Shown here: positions 49,014 to 61,744 of the stretch, piece by piece
How positions within the stretch are numbered: the stretch's first letter is position 1
Layout: each line of letters opens with the position of its first letter
Assembly (NCBI RefSeq): GCF_030684315.1
Contig: NC_081388.1
Coordinates: 23,233,015-23,297,014, forward strand
Source of the DNA: Stegostoma tigrinum
Lineage: Eukaryota
DNA length: 64,000 bases
Direction of reading: 5' to 3'
Made by a program: the position numbers and the translations under genes
Notes under the pieces: generated by a model
The model's database searches: none
Seen by the model: only the letters and a program-made list of their open reading frames with translations
What the model was told of the DNA's origin: nothing

Positions 49014-52000
49014 TGCAGTGATTATAATGAGGTCAGCCAGGTGAACATTATAGAATATGAATTCCCTGATTGGGGCTGGTCCAATCAGGCAGCCTTGGCC
49101 GACAGATATAAACAGGAGTGTTAGAGGTTGTGTTCTCTCTGTGAGCTGACTCTGAGGAAGCTGGATCAGCGTCAAAGGCTCCCCAAATGTAAATAAGGGG
49201 TGATGTGATGATGGAATACTAACCTCTATGGAATTATTTGAGTGGTGATGAGAGTGGGATTGATGATGTAACCATACAGAAGTGTCTACTAGCTGAAGTC
49301 CAATTGGACTACAAACAGACACTACAACAGGCTTTTTCATTGGAAAATGTGGCAACTGGAGCATGAGTTGCAGAGTATTCTGAAGGAAGTGGACACCCTG
49401 ACCAGGCCGACTGAGCTTGGGGAGCTCCACTTGAGTGAAGGCAACTGCGTAGCCTCACTCAGGACATATCCTGAACAAAAGGACTCTAGATCAGGCTGCA
49501 GCAAAACTCCAAAAAAGTCAAACCTCAGACAAATGGTTTAAATTTTCTTCAGCATTCGGGCCAGCAGGCCATGGTAATTGCTGCTGGTATGCAGACTGAG
49601 ACTGCAAAAGAATCCCACAAGGCTGGGTGTAAGTAAGAGAACTTGTGGCTGCATCCAAGAGAGTGCACGCTCTGGGAAGGTCACCTACAGCTGGTTTGGA
49701 ACACTTAAATTGCTTAGCAACATCTAAATCAGAACCAATCAAAATAAATGTCTGGTTAAATGGTCACCTGGTTCTAACGAGCATCAATACTGGTGTGACC
49801 ATTTCAGTGATCATAGAACCAGTCTTTAACATAATTCAGTCTGGACTGTAACCCTTACATTTGCACAAGACCTTGGCTAGGCTGACAGCCTATACCAGAC
49901 AATGCCTTCAGATCAAGGATACAATTTTGGTTCTGGCCTCTTATGAGAAGCAGCTGGTTCAGTTACTACTGATTTAAAGTAAATGGTTCAGGCCCAAGCC
50001 TGTTGGGGTGCAATTGGCTGAGAGAGATTTATTTTGACTGGCTCAACATCTTTTTGATAAGAAAATGGTTGCCTGAGTGAAGTCCTAATTAAATAGCTGG
50101 AAGTTTGTCAGGAAGGTCTAGGGACTAACAAAAGAGCCAAGGCCACCTTGCATGTTAACTAAGACGCAATTCCACACCCAGTGCCATTTACCTTAAATGC
50201 AAAATTAGAGGCAGAAATCAGAAGGCTGGAAGCTAAAGAATCATCAAACTGGTACAGTTTGCGGAATGGACAGCACCAGTATCGATTGTGAAGCCTTTTT
50301 TGGGATTTTAAGCAAACAGTACACTGCTTCTTGGAGCTGGATAGAGGACGTATATGCAAAGCTGGTGGGGATGGGGTATCTGTCCTTCACAAAGCTGGAT
50401 GTGAGTCATGCATAGCTGCAACTGTGATTAGATGAGGATTCCAGACGTATGCTACAATTAATAGCCATAAAGGTTTGTTCCAATAAACAAGACTGCCATT
50501 TGGGGTATCTTCAGCCTGTGGAATTCTTCAGTGGACAATGGAAAACGTGATCACATGCTAATAACAAGGTAGACCATTAAAGAGCACTTGGAGAACTTGT
50601 CCAAATTTTTTGACACTTCTCCATGGTGGGTGTATACCTCAGAAGTGAAGAGTGTATGTTCCCAGGCACCCCAAATGACCTACTTGTACTACAGAGTCAT
50701 CAAGGAGGATAAAGTGAGGGCAATTGAGGGTGACCCAATTATTATACCTCTACTGGAGCTTAGGCTATTCCTTGAGCTGATAAATTATATTTAAGAATCA
50801 TCCATTACCTAGTTTTCATCCTTTGCACCAACCCATTAAAAAGGGGCAGCCTTAGAAATGGCCACATAGCCAAGCCATAACTTACAGAGAAGTGAGGAAA
50901 CAGATATCATCCTCTTAGGTGTTGGCACACAATGATCCCCGGGAGATCTGGTATTGACATGCGATGCCTCCCCAAATGACATCTGGATAATATTAGCTTA
51001 TAGGTGGCCCAATGGAGAGTAACACCCAATCCCATAGACATCTAGGACTTTGTCTATTGCAGAGCGTAATGATACCCAGGTGGAGAAGCAAGTCATATTT
51101 GGTGGTCATGTTTGGAGTCAGGAAGTCCCACCAATACATTTGTGGATGTAAATTTGTAATAAAAGACTACAAATGCCTGCTAGGTATACTTAAAGAAGAG
51201 AAAGCAGTGCTGCCTGTAGCTTCAGGCCAAATTCAGCAGTGGGTTCTGATACTAAGTGCATAAATTACAAGTTGGAGAACTGTGCGGGAGGCTCAGTAGC
51301 AAAGGGGGATGTTTAGAGCCACCTCCCACTGGCAGGTACACCACCGGTGGTACCACCGCTAGAAAAGTCCGTAATGGCATTAAATTTTCTGGACATACTT
51401 CCAATCGCAGCTGACATTATCAGACTTTGGATGCAGAAGGATCCAGTCCTGGAAAAGCTGAAACAACTGGTGGCAATGGGGGCGAAGCCACCACAACCAG
51501 AATTGAAAACCTGGTTTGGACCTGAACAGACCAAATCATTGTACAGGATGGCATGTTATTATGGGGGGTAAGTGATTGTCCTGAGCAACAGTCAGCACCA
51601 GGTACCGGCTGAACTCCACCAGGGTCATCCAGGGGTTTCCAAAATGAAGATGTCGATGAGACATTATGTCTGGTGGGGAGGATTAGATGCAGACATAACT
51701 GCTTTGGTAGGCCAGTGCCTGCAGTGCCAACAAGAACAAAAATTACCACCAGATGTTCCCCCATATTTGTGGGAATGGCCGGATAAACCCTGGAATCAGT
51801 TACACTTCAACTTTGAAGGTCCTTTCGTTGGCTGAATGCTCTTAATCATTGTGCATGCCCACTCAAAGTTGCTTGATGTGCATAGAGTTCATTTGTCAAA
51901 CACAGGGATGACGATTAAAAAAAAAACGCATGTATCTTTTACAAAACATGGATTAACAGCAGTGATGGTCACAGATAACATGCAATCGTTTAGCATTGGG

Positions 52001-53440
52001 GAATTTGGGTATTTACTAAAGTTGAATGGTATTCATCATATAAGGACAGCTGCAAACTGCATTGTCCAATGATTCGCAGAAAGAGCAGTCCAAACATTGA
52101 AGGCAGACTTAAAGAAACAGCGTACAGCTTCACGCGATACCAAATTGTCCCGGCTCCAAATTGATTATAGGACCAGGCCTCATGCAACTACAAGGGTAGC
52201 TCCAGCAGTGTTGTTAACAGGGAGAAGACTCCACACCAAGTTAAATCTGATCTTCTCAGTGTGACGATACTGCGGCTTTAAAAGGTGTATTTTGTCCTTT
52301 TTTTAAGAGAAATTTTAAGGCAGAAGTAGTAAACAGTCTACCAGAGCCACTCAAGTAAACAGCCTGTGAGGCTTTGAATTTTTGAAAAAAGTTGGAACAA
52401 TAGAAGCAGCCTTAATATGTGTGATCAATCTCTCACAGAACCAGGATTTTAATTTTTTTGTTGTTTTTGAGTACCAGCAGGTGTTACTGGGGTCTTAGCA
52501 GGATTGGAAACTGCAGTAATTCTCTCCTGACTGCTACACTGTCAGAATTTTCTCTTTATGTTTCTTTCATCCTGGGCTACTGAAGTTGCATGTGAGACAA
52601 ACTGTTTTCTAAATTTGCCTTTTGCCAAGGGTATGTTTATGGGATGTAACTATATTGGAACAGTTAATTAGTAATAGTTACTGTATCTATTATTCTCTTA
52701 AATTTTCCAGTAGAATTAAATTACTCCAATTCTTTCTCTCTTTTGTTGTATTTTAACTATAGTGGATGAATAAAGAGTATTTACTTTAAACCCAGTAGGT
52801 TGACCAATCAGATTGCATCTGGAAAGCAACACCTTACATTCACCTTTAAAATAGGAAATAGTTAGGGACTAGACTAACTTCTGAATATTTTGAAGGGGTT
52901 TAGTCTTGTCCACAACACCGGACCTGGGGCAGGGGAGGTTGATACGGCATCAGGTTTGTCATTGTCAGACAAAAAACTCTACTAAATGAGAGAGAGAGTT
53001 TCCTACAAATCACAAAATTTGGTGTAGGAATCATGGGAATGACCCTGCCTGGGTAAGAGGCAAGTTTAACAAAAAGGCAGGTTCCGTGACATATAAAAGT
53101 GCGATTGTCCTAAATGAGCACATGGACTATGTGAAAACTGCAAACTCAAGCAGTGTGGGAGCAAAATGTGCCTGGCTCCTTGACTGCCTTTCTGATTGTT
53201 CCATAACCCGTTGTTTCTCCTTCTCCATCAAATGTTGGAAGATAGCTTGGAACCTGAGATGGACATGGCGGATGTCACCATCTCAATGTCTTTGCCACCT
53301 GAAGAGGGGAATTAATTTCTTCTGAGATGTTCTGAGTGTAAGAGGTGAGCTGCTGTGTGTTACATGCTGCTCGTATCAGAGGCAGAGTTGGAAGAAACTG
53401 ACCCAGCACTAAAATGCCCCAGTCAGAGCTCCAAAAAAAA
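49014..53440 (+). mobile_element. Decayed Gypsy LTR retrotransposon, related family, 3' LTR missing
   Basis: LTR ~49014-49241, PBS-like tggtgatgag, protease/RT/RNase H remnants, integrase Zn finger LHQGHPG..CLQCQ. Confidence 0.88.
52260..52917. mobile_element. Probable solo LTR of an unrelated family inserted in the Gypsy integrase
   Basis: 658-bp non-coding block with TGT...ACA ends and an internal AATAAA near 52769. It splits the motif LNLIF|PDLG that is contiguous in the sister copies. Confidence 0.65.
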
Positions 53441-53829
53441 CTCGGTTTGGGTACTGTTGGAAAAGATAGTTTCTCAAAGGAAAATAGAAAAGACAGTCAG
53501 ATATTGAGCACTAAGAATGAATCTTATGTTTAGTGGGGTTTGACAAAATTTGGAAGAATAATTATTATTGGGGACTGTTCTGTCAGGGGCACAGACTGGA
53601 GATTCTGTGGCAGTAAGCATGAACCCAGGATAGTATGTTGCTTTTCTAGTGCCAATATTGACGACGCGTCAAAATCTTTAAAGCATATAGTTAAAGAAGA
53701 GAGTGAGAAACCGGAAGTTAGTGTACACATTCATAAGAATGACATAGTTAGGGAAAAGATTAAGGCTTTACAGAGTGAATATTAGAGGTGAGGTAGAAGA
53801 TTATAAAAGAGAACCTCAAAAGTAGTAAT

Positions 53830-56055
53830 AAGATAACAAAGTGTGGATCTGGATGAACACAGCAGGCCAAGCAGCATCTCAGGAGCACAAAAGCTGACGT
53901 TTCAGGCCTAGACCCTTCATCAGAGAGGGGGATGGGGAGAGGGTTCTGGAATAAATAGGGAGAGAGGGGGAGGCGGACCGAAGATGGAGAGAAAACAAGA
54001 TAGGTAGAGAGGAGAGTATAGGTGAAGAGGTGGGGAGGGGATGGGTCAGTCCAGGGAAGACGGACAGGTCAAGGAGGTGGGATGAGGTGGTAGGTAGGAA
54101 ATGGAGGTGCGGCTTCAGGTGGGAGGAAGGAATGGGTGAGAGGACGAACAGGTTAGGGAAGCAGAGACAGGCTGGGCTGGTTTTGGGATGCATGGGGGAA
54201 GGGGAAGAACTGGGCTGGTTTTGGGATGCAGTGGGGGAAGGGGAGATTTTGAAGCTTGTGAAGTCCACATTGATACCATTGGACTGCAGGGTTCCCAAGC
54301 GGAATATGAGTTGCTGTTCCTGCAACCTTCGGGTGGCATCATTGTGGCACTGCAGGAGGCCCATGATGGACATGTCGTCTGAGGAATGGGAGGGGGGAGT
54401 TGAAATGGTTCGTGACTGGGAGGTGCAGTTGTTTGTTGCGAACCGAGCGGAGGTGTTCTGCAAAGCGGTCCCCAAGCCTCCGCTTGGATTCCCCAATGTA
54501 GAGGAAGCCACACTGGGTACAATGGATACAATATACCACATTGGCAGATGTGCAGGTGAACATCTGCTTGATATGGAAGGTCATCTTGGGACCTGGGATA
54601 GGGGTGAGGGAGGAGGTGTGGGGGCAAGTGTAGCACTTCCTGCGTTTGCAGGGGAAGGTGCCAGGTGTGGTGGGGTTGGAGGGCAGTGTGGAGCGAACAA
54701 GGGAGTCACGGAGAGAGTGGTCTCTCCGGAAAGCAGACAAGGGTGGGGATGGAAAAATAGCTTAGGTGGTGGGGTCGGATTGTAGATGGCGGAAGTGTCG
54801 GAGGATGATGCCTTGTATCCGGAGGTTGGTGGGGTGGTATGTAAGGTCGAGGGGGATCCTCTTGGGGCGGTTGTGGCGGGGGCGGGGTGTGAGGGATGTG
54901 TTGTGGGAAATGCGGGAGATGTGGTCAAGGGTGTTCTCGACCACTGTGGGGGGAAAGTTGCGGTCCTTGAAGAACGTGGATATCTGGGATGTGCAGGAGT
55001 GGAATGCCTCATCCTGGGAGCAGATGCGGCGGAGGTGGAGGAATTGGAGATAGGGGATGGAATCTTTGCAGGAGGGTGGGTGGGAGGAGGTGTATTCTAG
55101 GTAGCTGTGGGAGTTAGTGGGCTTGAAATGGACATCAGTTTCTTGCTGGTTACCTGAGATGGAGACTGAGAGGTCCAGGAAGGTGAGGGATGTGTTGGAG
55201 ATGGCCCAGGTGAACTTGAGGTTGGGGTAGAAGGTGTTGGTGAAGTGGATGAACTGTTTGAGCTCCTCTGGGGAGCAAGATGTGGTGCCGATACAGTCAT
55301 CAACGTAACGGAGGAAGAGGTGGGATTTGGGGCCTGTGTAGGTGCGGAAGAGGGACTGTTCCACGTAACCTACAAAGAGGCAGGCATAGCTGGGGCCCAT
55401 GCGGGTACCCATGGCCACCCCCTTTGTCTGTAGGAAGAGGGAGGAATCGAAAGAGAAGTTGTTGAGGGTGAGGACGAGTTCGGCTAGGCGGATGAGGGTG
55501 TTGGTGGAGGGGGATTGGTCGGGCCTGTGGGACAGCAAGAAGTGGAGGGCCTTGAGGCCATCTGCATGAGGAATACAGGTGTATAGGGACTGGACGTCCA
55601 TAGTGAAAATGAGGTGTTGGGGGCCAGGGAGTTGGAAGTCCTGGAGGAGGTGGAGGGCGTGGGTGGTGTCACGGATGTAGGTAGGGAGTTCCTGGACCAA
55701 AGGGGAGAACATGGAGTCCAGTTAGGTGGAGATGAGTTCGGTGGGGCAGGAACAGGCTGAGACAATGGGTCGACCAGGGCAGGCAGGTTTGTGGATTTTG
55801 GGAAGGAGATAGAAACAGGCCGTGCGGGGTTGGGGAACAATGAGGTTGGAGGCTGTGGGTGGGAGGTCCCCTGAGGTGATGAGGTCATGGATGGTGTTGG
55901 AGATGATGGTTTGGTGCTCGGGGGTGGGGTTATGATCAAGGGGGCAGTAGGAGGAGGTGTTGGAGAGTTGGCGTTTGGCCTCAGCGATGTAGAGGTCAAT
56001 GAGCCATACTACCACTGTGCCTCCCTTGTCTGCAGGTTTGATGGTGAAAATATCA
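53830..56055 (-). mobile_element. Penelope-like retroelement (Neptune-like), 5'-truncated, RT + GIY-YIG, recently inactivated
   Basis: IKPADKGG, FTMDVQSLYT, GVAMGTRMGPSYA, RYVDD, Cys linker CKRRKCYTC, VVY..YIGE..R..EH. Two in-frame stops (55722, 54762) and a frameshift near 54390. TSD ctcaaaagtagtaat at 53815-53829 / 56056-56070. Confidence 0.95.
53896..53923 (-). ncRNA. Minimal type I hammerhead motif in the terminal repeat of the long Penelope-like copy
   Basis: CTGATGA-A-GGGTC-TA-GGCCT-GAAAC-GTC, downstream of and co-oriented with the RT/GIY-YIG ORF. Confidence 0.78.
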
Positions 56056-59000
56056 CTCAAAAGTAGTAATTTCTGGCTTACTCTTGGTGCCATGCTTGAA
56101 CGAGAGAAAGAATAAAAGCATAGAGGAGATAAATAAATGGCTGAAGAGATGGTGTAACATTTGGGGATTCAGGGTCTTGGATCACTGGAATCTCTTCTAG
56201 GGCAGAAAAGGCCTGTTCAAAAAGGATAGGTTTCACCTGTACCGGAAAGGGACCAATATCCTTGCTGGAAGATTTGCTAATTTTATTAAGGGATACTGTA
56301 AACTATTAGAGAGAGATGGTGGAGGGGTCCTAAGTGGCAGAGTAAATGGAAAGATAGATGAGAATCATTTTGAATCTGAAAGGAATAAGTTAATTAGACA
56401 AGACAGACAAGACAAGTTAGAGAATGAAATAACTGAAGAATTAAGCTGCATTTATTATAATGCAAGGGGTCTTACAGGTAAGGCAGATAAACTCATGGCA
56501 AGTTTGGGAACATGGGATTGAGATGTCATAGCTATGACAGAAACTTGGATGAGAGAGGACAGGATTGGCAGCTCAATGTTCTGGGTTTTAGATGTTATGG
56601 AAAGGATAGAAAGGGAGGCAAATAAGGAGGGAGAGTGGCATTTTTGATTAAAGAAAACAGAACTGCAGTAACTGGAGTAGATATTTCTGAAAAATCATCC
56701 AGTGAAAATATATAGCTTGAATTTAGAAATAAAAAGGAAATGGTATTGTATTATAAACTTCCCAATAGTCAGACAGAAATTGAGAAACAAATATTTAGAG
56801 AGATCTCAGACACATGTAAGCATAACAAGATTTCAATAATAGGTGATTTTAATTTTCCAAACTTTGACTACCATGGTGTTAAAGGTTTGGTTGGTAAAGG
56901 ATTTGTTAAATATGTTCAAGAAAATTTTCTTTAACAATATGTAACTTTTCCTACTTGAGAAGGAGCAAAATTCGACCTTCTCTTGGGTAATAAGACAGGG
57001 CAAGTGACTGAAGTGATAGTAGGTGAACCCTTTAGGTTTTGTGATTGTAATTCTGCCTATTTTAAAATAGTTGTGGAAAAGGATAAGCCTTCCATAAAAG
57101 TTAATGTTTTTAATTGGAGTGAGGAAAATGTTAATGGTATGAGACAAGAACTTGCAAAAATTGATTGGGCTGTCTGAGAAGTGGGAGGCTTTTAGAAGTG
57201 TGATAATGGGAGTTCAGACTCATTATGTTCCTGTTAGAGTGAAAGGTAAAGCTGGTAGGATTAGAGAATAATGGCTGAATAAAGATATTGAAGTTCTAGT
57301 CAAGAATAAAAGAGAATCATATATTAGTATAAGCAACTGGGTTCAAATAGAACATAACATAGAACATAGAACATTACAGCACAGTACAGGCCCTTCGGCC
57401 CTCGATGTTGCACCGACCTGTGAAACCAATCTGAAGCCCACCTAACCTACACTATTCCATTATCATCCATATGTTTACCCAATGACCATTTAAATGCCTT
57501 TAAAGTTGACGAGCCTACTACTGTTCCAGGCAGGGCATTCCACGCCCTTACTACTCTCTGAGTGAAGAACCTACCTCTGACATTGTCCTATATCTATCAC
57601 CCCTCAATTTAAAGCTACATCCCCTCGTGCTCGCTGTCACCATCCTAGGAAAAAGGCTCTCAATGTCCACCCTATCTAATCCTCTGATCATCCTGTATTA
57701 AGTCACCTCTTAACCTTCTTCTCTCTAACGAAAACAGCCTCAAGTCCCTCAGCCTTTCCTTATAAGACCTTCCCTCCATACCAGCCAACATCCTTGAACA
57801 GTATAAAGAGTGTAGGGGTATTGTTAAGAGGGATATCAGGAAGACAAAAAGAGGATATGAGATCGCCTTGGCAAATAAGGATGAGGATAATCCAAAGGGA
57901 TTCTACAAATACATTAAGAGCAAGAGAGCAACTGGAGAGAGAGTTGGACCCCTTAAAGATCGAAGAGGTCACCTTTGTGTTGAACCTCAGGAGATGGGAG
58001 AAATATTAAATGAATATTTTGCATCAGTTTTTACAGTGGAGGAAGAAATGGAGGCTAGAGAACTCAGGGAAATAAATATTGATGTTTTGAAAACAACTCA
58101 CATTACAAAGGAAGAAGCTCTTGAAGTCTTAGAAAATACAAAGATGGATAAATCTCTGGGACCTGATCTAGTGTATCCCAGGACTTTGTGGAAAGTTAGG
58201 GAGGAAATTGTGAGGCCCATTGCAGAAGTATTTATATCATCTATAACTACAGTGAGATGCCGAATGATAGGAGAATGGCTAATGTTCTGCTTTAGTTTAA
58301 GAAGGGATGTAAGGAGAAGCCTGGGAACTACAGACCTTTGGGTCTGTCTTCAATGATAGGTAAGTTTGTTGGAAGAGATTCTGAATGATAGGATTTACAT
58401 GCATTTGGAGAGGCAAGGAATGCTTGGGATTGCCAGCATGGTTTTGTGTGAGGAAAATCGTGTCTGACAAACTTGACTGAGTTCTTTTTGAGGAAGTACC
58501 AAGAAGATTGACAAGGACAGAGTGGTTGAAATTGTTTACTTGGACTTTGTTAAGCCTTTGACATGTTTCCACATGATAGCCTAATTAGTAAAGTTAGACT
58601 CAGAGTGAGCTTGCCAATTAGCAACAAAATTGGCTTAACAGTAGGAATGATGGAGGAGGGTTGTTCTTCAGCCCATAGACCTGTGACCAGCGGTGTTCTA
58701 CAAGGATTGGTACTGGGTCCACTTTTCTTTGTCATTGATGTAAATGACTTAGATAAGAACATAGAAAGCACAGTTAGTAAGTTTTCAGATGACATAAAGA
58801 TTGATGGTATAGTGGATAGTGAAGAAGGTTATCTTCAGAATACAAAGAGATCTTGATCAGTTGGGTCAATGGACTGAGGCGTGGCAAATGGAGTTTAATT
58901 TGAATAAATGTGACGTATTGCATTTTGGCGAAACAAACGAAAGCAAGACTTATACAATTAAAAGTAGGGCCTTGTCAATGTCATGAAACAGAGAGACCTA

Positions 59001-59419
59001 GGGGCTCAGGTACATAATTCTTTGAAATTTACATCACATATAGTTGGGATGGTTAAGAAGGTGTTTAACACACTTGCCTTCACTGCTCAGACCTTTGAGT
59101 ATAGGAGTTGGGACATTATGTTGAAGTTGTACAGGACATTGGTGAGGCATGATCTGGTCTTCCTGTTATAGGAAGGATATTATGAAGCTGGGGAGATTTC
59201 AGAAATGATTTACTAGGATATTGCCAGGGATGGAGTGTTTGAGTCATAAGGAGAGGCTGGATAGGCTGGACTTTTTTCACTAGAACATAGAGGATTGAGA
59301 GGTGACCTTATAGAGGTTTATAAAGCAATAACAGGTCTGGATAAGGTGAATGGTGAATGTCTTTTCCCAAGGATGGGGGCATATTTTTAAGGTGAGAGGA
59401 GAATTTTTTTTTAAAAATG

Positions 59420-60680
59420 ACGGAATTTTTTTATGTGACGTAGTGCAATTTGGTGAGACAAACAAGGGAAGGACTTATAGAATTGGGCTCAGGAAACCTT
59501 GTGGAACAGAGAGACCTAGGGGTGCAGGTACATAATTCATTTAAAGGGGCATCACAGGTGAAGAAGGTGTTTGGTACACTTGACTTCATTAGTCAGAGCA
59601 TTGAATATAGGAATTAGGACATCATATTGGGACTGTACAGGATGTTGGTGAGGTGTCTTTTGGAGTATTATGTGTAGTGCTGGTAGCCCTGATATAGGAA
59701 GGATATTGGAAGTGATGCAGAAAATATTTACAAGGGTGTTACCAGAGATGGAGGGTTTGTGTTGTACAAAGAGGCTGGATAGGCTGAAGTTTCTTTTTTC
59801 CCCTCGAGCATAGATGGTTGAGGGTTGACCTTAGAGAGGTTTATACAATCATGAGGGGCATAGATAAGATGAATAGTCAAGGTCTTTTTGGTAAGGTGGG
59901 CGAGTCCACAACTAGAAGACATAATATTCAGGTGAGAGGAGAAAGATTTAAAAGGAACTTGAGGGGTAATTGTTTCACATGGACGGTGGTTCATATCTGG
60001 AACAAACTGCCAGATGAACTGGTAGATGCCAGTACAACATTTAAAAGACATTTGGACAGGTACACACATGGGTAGGTTTTACAGGAATATAGGCCAAATG
60101 CTGGCAAATGGGACTAGTTTTGTTTGGGTAACCTTGTTGTTATGGACATGTTGGATAGAAGGGACTGTTTCTGTGCTGATGGCTCTATGACACATTATAG
60201 AAGGGATATGATCACCCTGGAGAGAGTGCAGAGGAAGTTGCTAGCAGGTTGTCTGCTAGGAGAGCTTTAGTTATGAAGAGGGATTGATTAGACTGGTACA
60301 AAAACTGAAATTGGTAGAAAAGCTGAGCAGGCCTGGCAGCATCTGTGAAGAGGAATTTTGGTTAGACTGGTATTTTTCTTGGATCAGAGGAGACTGAGGG
60401 GGACATAACTGAAATGTATAAAGTTAGGAGGGACAGAGTCAGGGTAGACAGGAAGAAACATTTCCACCTTGTGGATGGATTAATGACTGCCTGTAAGGTT
60501 GGTAGAGGCAGAAGAAGTATTTCAATGTGTGCTACTAATTCCAAGGCATAGTTGGCTATGGGCTGGCCAAGTACTACATAATGGGATTAGAATAGAAAAG
60601 TAATTGTTTTTGACTGGTCCAGGCGAGATGGGCCAAAGGCCCTTTCTTTGTGCAGTGGGCCTCAATGCCTCTGTTATCTT
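59420..60680 (+). mobile_element. Two tandem CR1 3' fragments
   Basis: RVDLREVYTIMRGID..WNKLP and tails ending near 60190 and 60680. Confidence 0.8.
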
Positions 60681-61103
60681 GGTTTGACATCTCCAGGTCA
60701 CTGTTTGCAACTATTATCTTCATTCCTTTCTGATTTCAAAAATCATGGGTTTTCGTCTTTATCTGGAGTCTGCATGTTTGGGAATTGAGAAAATAAAACA
60801 TGCAATTCATGGCATCAATTTAAAAATTGACAATCTGTCAAAACTTCAAATCAACCCTGTTTTGAGAAATGTAAAACCTGAAAATTAGAAGGGTAAATTC
60901 GAAGAGCTATGTCTCTTTGAACTGGAGTCTAACTTGGCCTCTGAGAGTTGTTCAGATAGATTCCTGACTGTGAAAGATGTTTGGTTGAAAAAACTTTAGA
61001 TCAGGTCGACACACTGAAACACTAATGTCGAACCAGTTTGTATCCTTGATATTCTGAGTGTTGTTTATTTCTCTGTATATTTTGTCAGTTTGTACTTCTG
61101 TTT

Positions 61104-61304
61104 CAGAGAAAGTAGGAACTGCAGATGCTGGAGAATCCGAGACAACAAAGTGTGGGGCTGGATGAACACAGCAGGCCAAGCAGCATCGGAGGAGCACAAA
61201 TGTTGACGTTTTGGGCCTAGACCCTTCTAGGCCTGAAACATTAGCTTTTGCTCCTCTGATGCAGTTTGGCATGCTGTGTTCATCCAGCCCCACACTTTGT
61301 TGTC
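61104..61304. mobile_element. Fold-back Penelope-terminus mini-insertion, turn point inside hammerhead stem II
   Basis: Inverted arms. TSD ttgtacttctgttt at 61090-61103 / 61305-61318. Confidence 0.85.
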
Positions 61305-61469
61305 TTGTACTTCTGTTTGCTGTTTGTTCTTTTCACGACTGTCGGGAGTATGTAATCCTTAAAATTAACTTCGGAAAGGAAACTGCTAGAGATGGATGTT
61401 TTTGTACAATTTCTGAATTGGAGATGGTTTACTGCACGATTTCTTGGAACTGAAAATTCAAAATGCTCG

Positions 61470-61699
61470 TGAAATAATTCCATGAAGGCCAGTCTCCCAT
61501 CACCAAGTTACGCGTGTTTACACGTGAGGCATCCTTAGCACTGAGCCAGCTCCTTCAGAGTCAGCTCTCAGAGTAAACAGGATGTCTGATACTCCTGTTT
61601 ATTTATATCTGCTGTCCAGGGCTCCCTGATTGTGATTGTCCAATCAGGGAGCTCACATACAATGAAGTCCACCAGGCAGACCTCGTTACAATGATTACA
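61470..61699 (-). mobile_element. Solo Gypsy LTR
   Basis: Reverse complement matches the LTR at 49014-49241 (ccctgattgg..ccaatcagg..ctgactctga), with TG..CA ends. Confidence 0.8.
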
Positions 61700-61744
61700 T
61701 CCAGCACTTTCTGTTTCTGCTACAACTTATGTTTGGGCAACACA

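Larger units (their letters stand above)
53445..59410 (+). mobile_element. Near full-length decayed CR1 LINE, split by the Penelope-like copy and an inverted CR1 tail (~57348-57795)
   Basis: ORF1 IIIGDCSVRGTDWRFCG (esterase-type), endonuclease IIGDFNFP, RT KFSDDIK. Confidence 0.88.
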
